Below are positions 33,817-40,411 of a stretch of 40,411 bases of DNA, one piece after another. The translations under genes and the position numbers were made by a program. The notes under the pieces are model-generated. The model was not told the DNA's origin. It made no database searches and saw only the letters and a list, made by a program, of their open reading frames with translations. Within the stretch, counting starts at the first letter, position 1. Every line of letters starts with the position of its first letter. This stretch comes from a virus (Duplodnaviria > Caudoviricetes), in IMG/VR virus record IMGVR_UViG_3300025875_000060, positions 1 through 40,411 of that record; one strand, given 5' to 3'.

Positions 33817-34328
33817 CCGCCGACGCCCCCACCCCGGCAGCGGAGACGTGCGAGCCCAAGACCGGCGCGTACACCGGGCAGGTCTACTGCCGCCGCCACG
33901 GGCGCGGTGCTGGTTGGCCCTGCGCGACGGCCGCTCTCACTGCACAGCGCCCCGTCCCGCCGTCGGCGGACACCACGCCCGCGCCGGACACGGCAGACCG
34001 GGAGACGCTGCGGGACGTCCTTCGTGTCCACCACCCGGTCATGCGAAGCGAGACGGGGCCGTTCTCCGGATGTCGCTGCGGCGGCGTCAGGCTCGGTCAG
34101 GACGTCATCCAGCATGTGGTTGACCACCTCGCCACTGCCCTCGTGCCCCAGCCCACCACGGCCGACGACGGCGGGCTGGTGACGGTGCGACTCCCCGCCG
34201 ACGACGTGGCGTTCATCCGCGGCTTCGACCCCGACCGCGACCGGACCGCATCCCGAGCCGACATGGTGCGCGTGGTCGAGCACCTGCAAGCCGCTCTGGC
34301 CGGCCCCGAGACAGGAGGCGGACAGTGA
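33813..34328 (+). CDS. Hypothetical protein (WPCAT and H...CxC motifs)
   Basis: Coupled overlaps. Confidence 0.6.
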   Translation: MTADAPTPAAETCEPKTGAYTGQVYCRRHGRGAGWPCATAALTAQRPVPPSADTTPAPDTADRETLRDVLRVHHPVMRSETGPFSGCRCGGVRLGQDVIQHVVDHLATALVPQPTTADDGGLVTVRLPADDVAFIRGFDPDRDRTASRADMVRVVEHLQAALAGPETGGGQ

Positions 34329-34534
34329 GCGAGGACGACGGCATGGTGGTGGCCCGCATCAGCATCCAGCGCCGCATGATGCCCGACGGTGGCGACCTTG
34401 TCATCGCCGAGTTCGACGACGGTCATGAAGACGGCGAGATCCCCGCTGCGGTCGAGCTGCTCGGGATGCTGGAGATGACGAAGAACTCCCTCCTCCACGG
34501 CGGGCTCTACAACGACGAGGACGACGACCGGTGA
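34325..34534 (+). CDS. Small acidic hypothetical protein
   Basis: AGGAGG RBS; ELLGMLEMTK. Confidence 0.7.
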   Translation: MSEDDGMVVARISIQRRMMPDGGDLVIAEFDDGHEDGEIPAAVELLGMLEMTKNSLLHGGLYNDEDDDR

Positions 34535-34956
34535 CCGTCCCGGTGTCCTCGCAGTCCGGGGACATGCGGCAGGCACTCGCCGAGGCGCTGGTGGCGATGT
34601 GGGAGGTCGACGCGGGCGAACCGCTCAGCGACCTGCCCGAGACGCAGGAGACCGTCGACACGTACCTGGAAACGCTCCTGCCTGTGGTGCAGCGGCTGTG
34701 CGACCAGGCGCGAGCAGACGAACTGCGGCAGGCAGCGGACGAGCTCGACGTCACCCCAGTGTTCGGGTCGTTCGTCAAAGGCAAGCGGTTCGCGGTCGGC
34801 AAGCTTCGCGCCCGCGCTGACGCGCTCACCACCGACACCCCACCTACCTGCGGTGACCAGCACACCGTCAGGTCGTTCACGCTCACGATGTTCTGCGAGC
34901 TGGCTCCCGGCCACGAACCCGAGGTCAAGCACCGCAACCACGGGGTCGAGTGGTGA
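34531..34956 (+). CDS. Hypothetical protein
   Basis: GTGA overlap; ARADELRQAAD, C-terminal C...C..GH...H. Confidence 0.65.
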   Translation: MTVPVSSQSGDMRQALAEALVAMWEVDAGEPLSDLPETQETVDTYLETLLPVVQRLCDQARADELRQAADELDVTPVFGSFVKGKRFAVGKLRARADALTTDTPPTCGDQHTVRSFTLTMFCELAPGHEPEVKHRNHGVEW

Positions 34957-35228
34957 GCAGGCTCTGGACACCGGGCCCCAACGACCGGATCACTGCCTTC
35001 GACGGTGACATCGACGAGATAGTCCTCAGCGGAGTCGCCATCCACCTGGAGCGCATGGACGTCCAGCGCTACTACCTCGGCATCTACAGCAGCTTCACCG
35101 ACACCGACAGCCTGATGATCCAAGCCAGCATCGCGGTTGCCCCAGGGCGCCGGAAAAAGGCGACCGCGTACCTCTACGGCCTAGAGGCCCCCGAAGCGCT
35201 GCCCGTCGATCCTGAGGCGTTCGGGTGA
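34953..35228 (+). CDS. Hypothetical protein
   Basis: GDIDEIV....IHLERMD motif. Confidence 0.65.
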   Translation: MSRLWTPGPNDRITAFDGDIDEIVLSGVAIHLERMDVQRYYLGIYSSFTDTDSLMIQASIAVAPGRRKKATAYLYGLEAPEALPVDPEAFG

Positions 35229-35545
35229 CCGTCCGCGACTGGATCGGCCTCGCCGGCGGACTCATCCTCCTGGCCGTCACCGTCGCCCTCATCGTCGACG
35301 TCGAACGGCTCCACAAGGCGCACCGGGGCAACGTCGAAGCCTGGTCCGATCTGGTCAGCGAGATCACCCGAATCGACGGTGACTACAACCGGTTGTGGGC
35401 GTGGCTCAACGACACCGCCGACGCCGACCTGGACCGGCCCACCCCCGCGCAGCAGGCCGCACCCACCCGGCCCGACCTCGAGGCGCAGCACCCGTCCCCG
35501 CAGGCAGGGCGACACCGCGCCGACACAGCCAGGGAGCGACAGTGA
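35225..35545 (+). CDS. Membrane protein
   Basis: N-terminal TM, C-terminal GRHRAD. Confidence 0.65.
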   Translation: MTVRDWIGLAGGLILLAVTVALIVDVERLHKAHRGNVEAWSDLVSEITRIDGDYNRLWAWLNDTADADLDRPTPAQQAAPTRPDLEAQHPSPQAGRHRADTARERQ

Positions 35546-36279
35546 CCCACCCCGACGGTCCGCCGTGTGTCGCCGGCGCCTGCACCCGACCGGCCGCCCC
35601 CGGGATCCTGCTGTGCGTTCAGGACGCGGCGCGGCTCGGTGACTGGATCGCCCGCATCGGAGACGAGTTCGCGCAGCTAGATGCGACCCCGTCGATGCAG
35701 GGCCGTGAGGTTGGCACCGTGGGCGGCACCACCCTCACCTCCCAGCGGTCGGTGGGGAACCTCGACGTGATGGCGCTACGGGCCGACCGCCGCGGCGACG
35801 GCACCACCGACGTGTGGGGATGGGACGACACCCCATCCGTACTCGAGACCCTCGGCTCATGGGCCCGCTTGGTGCGTGAGCAGCGCGGCATCGAACCCGA
35901 CTGGCGGTGGATCACCCGTCGCCGCGCCTACGCACCGACCGGCCCGTGGTGCGACGACTGCGACCACGCCACGTGCGTCGCGTGGCGGTTCGATAACCGC
36001 GTGTACGTGCCGGCCACAGTGTCGTCCGAGCGGCGACTGCTCGCCGGTGAGCTCGAATGGATCCTGACGCAGGACTGGGTGGACGAGTTCTACGACGCGA
36101 TCCGCAGCCTGTGGTCCGCGGTGCGCCGCGTCAACGACCCGGGCGGCTCGAACGGCCCACGGTGCGGCTGTGGCGGCCGGATCAGGCTGGCCGCTGGCAC
36201 CGCCACCTGCTCGGCGTGCGGCACGTCCACTTCCGGGCTCGACATCGTGCGGCAGCAGACCGCTGGGGCGGCAGCGTGA
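35542..36279 (+). CDS. Zn-binding protein typical of the end of actinophage early regions
   Basis: N-terminal C..C...LC, W..L.SWARLVRE, C-terminal CGC...CSAC. Confidence 0.7.
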   Translation: MTHPDGPPCVAGACTRPAAPGILLCVQDAARLGDWIARIGDEFAQLDATPSMQGREVGTVGGTTLTSQRSVGNLDVMALRADRRGDGTTDVWGWDDTPSVLETLGSWARLVREQRGIEPDWRWITRRRAYAPTGPWCDDCDHATCVAWRFDNRVYVPATVSSERRLLAGELEWILTQDWVDEFYDAIRSLWSAVRRVNDPGGSNGPRCGCGGRIRLAAGTATCSACGTSTSGLDIVRQQTAGAAA

Positions 36280-36608
36280 GCGACCTGACGGAGTTCCTGC
36301 TCGCCCGCATCGCCGACGATGAGGCACTTGTCCACACCGCCATCGAGCAGCACTGGGCTTGGCGAACGATGTCGGGCATCGTCGTCGCCGACCGTCGCTC
36401 GTTCCCGGAACGTGCCCTCGCCGAGTGCGAGGCCAAGCGGCGGATTGTGCAGCAGTCGGCCTGGACCGGGCCGAAGGAGACGCTCAGGGATCGACTGTTC
36501 GGGCCAGCGGCAGATGAGGCTTACCAACAGGGCCTCAAGGCGGCCATGCGCCTTCTGGCCGTCCCCTACGCCGACCACCCGGACTACGACGAGGCGTGGC
36601 GACCGTGA
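36276..36608 (+). CDS. DUF6221-like protein
   Basis: LTEFLLARIADDE...R.LAECEAKRRIV...LAVPYADHPDYDEAWRP. Confidence 0.8.
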   Translation: MSDLTEFLLARIADDEALVHTAIEQHWAWRTMSGIVVADRRSFPERALAECEAKRRIVQQSAWTGPKETLRDRLFGPAADEAYQQGLKAAMRLLAVPYADHPDYDEAWRP

Positions 36609-36829
36609 GGCGCGGCCGGGCTCTACTGCCTCACCCGTCGCCGTTGCGGGATGACACGGGCCGGATTCTGCTCACCCGGCAGCTGATCTCCGCGACCACC
36701 GGCGTGCACATCTCCAGCATCCGCCGGAACCTGCAGCCCGTCGCCTGCCACCTGCTGGGGAAGGTGCCGCTGTACGACATCGAGGAAGCCGAGGAGCTTG
36801 CATCGCGACACGCAAGCACGCCGGCTTGA
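36605..36829 (+). CDS. Small HTH-like protein (candidate late regulator)
   Basis: LLTRQLISATTGVHISSIRR...PVAC...PLYD; last gene before putative late promoter. Confidence 0.55.
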   Translation: MRRGRALLPHPSPLRDDTGRILLTRQLISATTGVHISSIRRNLQPVACHLLGKVPLYDIEEAEELASRHASTPA

Positions 36830-36855
36830 CAGAGGGTCACTGGCTGCGACACCAT
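36826..36855 (+). promoter_or_regulatory. Putative late promoter
   Basis: TTGACA-N18-CACCAT at the start of the gap before the terminase. Confidence 0.55.
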
Positions 36856-36859
36856 CATC

Positions 36860-37280
36860 CGCAGTACCACACGTGTGTCCACCGTGTGGTCGATGACCCC
36901 GGGAACGCTGATGCGACCGGGGTCCTCTGCTGTCCGGGGGCGAACCGGCCGGCAGACGCCGGGCGCGCTTGTCAGAGGGCCGCGCCCGGCCCCAACTTCC
37001 CGGGGGAACACGGCCGCCTGGACGCCGCGACCGAGCAGCACGCCAACCTCACACACGGCTGCTACAGCTCGCCGACCATGCGCCCACCCCCGGGGACATC
37101 CCCTCCGCCGCCGTGGAACGCGACGGGGCCGCCAGGAAGAGGCGGGCACGGCCCGCACCCCCGGCCCGGACACGAAGCCGGGTCCCACCGGACCGGGGTG
37201 TGCGGCATCACCACCGGCGCCCTGGCGGCCCGTCGAACAGCCCGTGACAGGCCAGGAGCCTGCACCCCACCGCGTCGAGG
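36860..37280 (+). ncRNA. Candidate structured non-coding RNA / late leader
   Basis: ~430 nt without a convincing ORF, containing at least five successive or nested stems. Confidence 0.35.
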
Positions 37281-37287
37281 TGAACCG

Positions 37288-37806
37288 ATGGCCGGAGGAG
37301 ACTGGCCCCACCAGCGGTTCCCCGCCTGGACCGACGACGACACCGCGAAGCTCCGCGAACTCCACGCCACCGGCGCCAGCCTGACCGCGATCGCCACCAT
37401 CATGGGCCGGTCAAAGTCCACAGTCTCGAAGTACGCCAGAGACCTCGGCCTGTCCTTCGACCGTGCGCGTACCGCGAAAGCAACCGAGGCCGTCGTCGTC
37501 GACAACAAGGCCCGCCGGCAGAGCATCGTCGCCCGCGTCTACGGCGTCGTCGAGACCGAACTCGGGCTGCTGGAGAACACCACCACCTGGTCGACGGTGC
37601 TCAAGGACTCCGGCGGCGCCGAACGCACCCAGATCCTCGCCTTCGTGCCCGCCCTCGACCGGCGGAACATGGCCGACTCCATCAGCCGACACCTCGCATC
37701 CGCCACCAAACTCGAGGCGATCGACGCCACCAACGGTGTCGAGCGAGAACGGTCGCTCCTGTCGCAGCTCGGTGAGGCGCTCGGGGTGCACGGGCCCGAG
37801 CAGTGA
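37288..37806 (+). CDS. Terminase small subunit
   Basis: GAGG RBS; N-terminal HTH (LRELHATGASLTAIA..MGRSKSTVS), LSFDRA.T..ATEA; coupled to TerL. Confidence 0.8.
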   Translation: MAGGDWPHQRFPAWTDDDTAKLRELHATGASLTAIATIMGRSKSTVSKYARDLGLSFDRARTAKATEAVVVDNKARRQSIVARVYGVVETELGLLENTTTWSTVLKDSGGAERTQILAFVPALDRRNMADSISRHLASATKLEAIDATNGVERERSLLSQLGEALGVHGPEQ

Positions 37807-39068
37807 GCCTGTCCGACAAGCAGCTCGACTCGATCCGCGGCGCGAACGGCCGCGTCAACGTGTGGGAAGGCGCGATCCGCTCAGGGAAGACCATCGGCTC
37901 CCTGCTGCGCTGGCTCATCTACCTCGCCGACCCGCCCTCGGGCGGTGAGCTCGTCATGTTCGGCCGCACCCGGGACGCCGTGTGGCGCAACGTCATCGGC
38001 CCCCTCCAGGACCCCGCACTGTTCGGGTCCGCCGCCGCGACCGTCATCGGCAACTACGGCGCTCCCACGGTCAGCATCCTGGGCCGAAGGGTGCACATCA
38101 TCGGCGCCTCAGACGCCAAGGCCGAACTGGTCATCCGAGGCATGACCGTCGCCGGCGCCTATGGTGACGAGCTCACCACCATTCCCGAACAGTTCTTCAC
38201 CCAGATGCTCGGCCGCATGTCCGTCACCGGGGCGCAGCTGTTCGGGACGACGAACCCGGACAACCCGGCGCACTGGCTGAAGCGGAAGTTCCTTGACCGG
38301 CTGGTGGCGCTCACCGACTGGCGGCGGTTCACGTTCCGCCTCGCCGACAACCCGTCCCTGTCGCCGCGGTACGTGCAGTCGATCTCCGCCGAGTACACGG
38401 GCCTGTGGTACCGCCGGTTCATCCAGGGCGAGTGGGTCGCCGCTGAGGGCGCCGTGTACGACATGTGGAACCCGGCGGTGCACCAGATCGCCTGGGATGC
38501 TCTGCCGACGATGCAGCGGCTCCTGGCGTGCGGCCTCGACTACGGCACCACCAACGCCACCGCCGGGCTGCTCCTCGGCCTGGGCGTGGACCGCAAGCTG
38601 TACCTGGTCGACGAGTGGCGGCACGACCCGTCGCAGTCGGCGGGGATGCGCCTGTCCGACGCCCAACTGTCCGCCGGGCTCCGGGCATGGCTGACCACCC
38701 AGCATCTTCCCCAGGCTGTGGAGCCGCGGGTGGAGTGGCTGGCGATCGACCCCGCAGCCGCGTCGCTGAAGGTGCAGCTCCACCAGGACGGTGTCACCAA
38801 CCTGGTCGACGCGGACAACGACGTCTCCTACGGCATCCGCACCACCGCCTCCCTGCTTGGGTCGCAGCAGCTGCGGGTGTCGGATCGGTGCACGGGCTGG
38901 TTGACGGAGGTCACCGGCTACGCGTGGGACCCGAAGGCGACGGAGCGCGGCGAGGACAAGCCGATCAAGACGGCGGATCACTCGCTGGACGGCGCCCGGT
39001 ACGCGGTGGCGACGACGGAGGCGTTGTGGCGGGGGCAGCTGACGGAACCGGCCCTGGAGGCGGCATGA
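37803..39068 (+). CDS. Terminase large subunit (PBSX/SPP1-like)
   Basis: EGAIRSGKT Walker A, AYGDE Walker B, TTNPD, DYGTTN, DH.LDGARY. Confidence 0.95.
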   Translation: MSLSDKQLDSIRGANGRVNVWEGAIRSGKTIGSLLRWLIYLADPPSGGELVMFGRTRDAVWRNVIGPLQDPALFGSAAATVIGNYGAPTVSILGRRVHIIGASDAKAELVIRGMTVAGAYGDELTTIPEQFFTQMLGRMSVTGAQLFGTTNPDNPAHWLKRKFLDRLVALTDWRRFTFRLADNPSLSPRYVQSISAEYTGLWYRRFIQGEWVAAEGAVYDMWNPAVHQIAWDALPTMQRLLACGLDYGTTNATAGLLLGLGVDRKLYLVDEWRHDPSQSAGMRLSDAQLSAGLRAWLTTQHLPQAVEPRVEWLAIDPAAASLKVQLHQDGVTNLVDADNDVSYGIRTTASLLGSQQLRVSDRCTGWLTEVTGYAWDPKATERGEDKPIKTADHSLDGARYAVATTEALWRGQLTEPALEAA

Positions 39069-39226
39069 CCACGCCCGCGCCCCGCAGCCCGCTGGAGACC
39101 ACCGACGACGAGCTGCGGGCGCTCGCCCACGCTCTCCGCCACTCCCGCGACGACCTGTGGCGCCGCATCTGGCGGCAGCGCTGCGACGCCCTGTTGGACA
39201 GACGACTGCCCCTGACCCGCAGCTGA
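39065..39226 (+). CDS. 53-aa hypothetical protein between TerL and portal
   Basis: GGAGG RBS, ATGA overlap. Confidence 0.55.
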   Translation: MTTPAPRSPLETTDDELRALAHALRHSRDDLWRRIWRQRCDALLDRRLPLTRS

Positions 39227-39238
39227 GGAGGCGCCGGC

Positions 39239-40411
39239 GTGCCCCTCCCCGAAGCGAACACGCCGTGGCCACCGAAGCAGCTCGATGGGATCCTCGGGCC
39301 GCTGTCGCAGTGGTCCGCCTGGTACGCGGGCACCCCGGAGAAGCTGAACGCCGCCTACAAGGCCCAGCAGCAGACCCTGGACCGCCCGGCGCAGTACCGC
39401 GGCGGGATCCAGGGCGCCGCTGCGCGCGCGTTCTGGGGCCGCCCCACCGGTGACCTCACCGCCCGCCGCGACCAGCTGCACGTGCCGATCGCCGCCGACA
39501 TCTGCCAGGCATCCGCGGACCTGCTGTTCGCCGAGCCCCCCACGATCACCGTCGACGACCAGGGCACGCAGGGCCGGATCGCGGAACTGGTGGACGACGG
39601 GCTGCACGGCAAGCTCGCCGGCGCCCACGAGGTCGGGTCCGCGCTGGGCGGGGTGTACCTGCGGGTCGCCTGGGATCAGCAGACGGTGCCTGATCGGCCG
39701 TTCCTCACCACGTTGGACGCGGACCACGCCGTGCCGGAGTTCCGGTGGGGCCGGCTGACCGCGGTCACGTTCTGGTGGCGGCTGACGGACGCTGACGGGG
39801 TTGTGCTGCGGCACCTGGAGCGGCACGAGATCCGCGGCGGCAACGGGGTCATCCTCCACGGCCTCTACCAGGGGTCGGGGACGGAGCTCGGGCGGCCGGT
39901 GCCGCTCACTGAGCACCCGTCCACGGCTGGTCTCGCTGACCTGGTGGACGCCGACGGGGCGATCGACACCGAGTCGGCGGGTCTCGCGGTGGTGTACGTG
40001 CCGAACCAGACCCCGCAGCGGGTGTGGCGGCAGCACCCGGTCGGCGTCAACTACGGCCGCTCCGACCTCGACGGCATCGAACCGCTGATGGACGCGTTGG
40101 ATGAGACGTACTCGTCGCTGCAGCGCGACATCCGCCTGGGTAAGGCGCGGGTGATCGTGGCCCGGTCGCTGCTGGAGAACAACGGCCCGGGCAACGGGGC
40201 GTCGTTCGACCTGGAGCAGGAGCTGTTCGCCCCGGTCAACATGCTCGCCGGTGTGCGTGATGGTGGCCTGCCGATGGAGCAGGTGCAGTTCGCGATCCGC
40301 GTGGATGAGCATCTGCGGGCCGCGCAGGAGCTGACCGAGGTGATCCTGCGGTCTGCCGGGTACTCGGCGCAGACGTTCGGTGAGGACCCGACCGGCGGTA
40401 CCCGCACCGCG
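39239..40411 (+). CDS. Portal protein, N-terminal part (runs off the window end; absent from the ORF track)
   Basis: GAGGAGG RBS, GTG start; MPLPEANTPWPP...WSAWYAG...LHVPIAADICQASADLLF...GRSD..G...LDETYS...DIRLGK...GYSAQTFG. Confidence 0.9.
   Translation, partial: MPLPEANTPWPPKQLDGILGPLSQWSAWYAGTPEKLNAAYKAQQQTLDRPAQYRGGIQGAAARAFWGRPTGDLTARRDQLHVPIAADICQASADLLFAEPPTITVDDQGTQGRIAELVDDGLHGKLAGAHEVGSALGGVYLRVAWDQQTVPDRPFLTTLDADHAVPEFRWGRLTAVTFWWRLTDADGVVLRHLERHEIRGGNGVILHGLYQGSGTELGRPVPLTEHPSTAGLADLVDADGAIDTESAGLAVVYVPNQTPQRVWRQHPVGVNYGRSDLDGIEPLMDALDETYSSLQRDIRLGKARVIVARSLLENNGPGNGASFDLEQELFAPVNMLAGVRDGGLPMEQVQFAIRVDEHLRAAQELTEVILRSAGYSAQTFGEDPTGGTRTA

Larger units (their letters stand above)
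1..40411. mobile_element. Near-complete circularly permuted temperate actinobacteriophage genome (siphovirus-like, excised form)
   Basis: Full packaging, head, tail, lysis, integration/immunity and replication modules; no host genes; portal split across the window ends; attP-like site is internal. Confidence 0.95.

Noticed and set aside
36826-37287. 154-aa N-terminal extension of TerS
   Set aside because: Pro/Gly/Arg-rich, starts on the TTG of a -35 box; a good RBS and ATG exist at 37288
38978-40312. 444-aa minus-strand ORF
   Set aside because: Antisense shadow of the portal gene, which the track missed because it has no stop within the window

Overview
The window is an essentially complete, circularly permuted genome (~40.4 kb, very high GC) of a temperate siphovirus-type phage of an actinomycete. 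The sequence is opened inside the portal gene, which runs 39239-40411 and continues at 1-371. Gene order: TerS, TerL, portal, minor capsid, scaffold, major capsid, head-tail joining genes, major tail with Ig-like domain, tail chaperones with a -1 frameshift, tape measure, tail tip genes, amidase endolysin plus small membrane/lysis genes, a three-gene accessory fibre-like module, an intact attP-like site, tyrosine integrase, DUF3263, ImmA-like protease, repressor, then Cro, Xis and the early region. The early region carries DnaQ-like and YqaJ exonucleases, a resolvase, a C5 methyltransferase, WhiB, a broken HNH gene, an HTH replication initiator with internal iterons and upstream DnaA boxes, and many small Cys/His-rich ORFs. 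The most unusual elements are: (1) a 903-aa FN3/esterase protein with 13 tandem ~22-aa repeats followed by two small beta-rich genes, possibly a ruler-templated enzyme-bearing fibre; (2) a PafBC/RecA-NDp-like promoter in front of a leaderless immA-DUF3263-int unit; (3) a ~430-nt multi-stem non-coding leader before the terminase; (4) three antisense envelope-protein morons with TACnGT -10 boxes; (5) four nearby genes sharing a [WY]PCxT Cys/His motif. All product calls come from motif recognition and synteny; no database searches were run.
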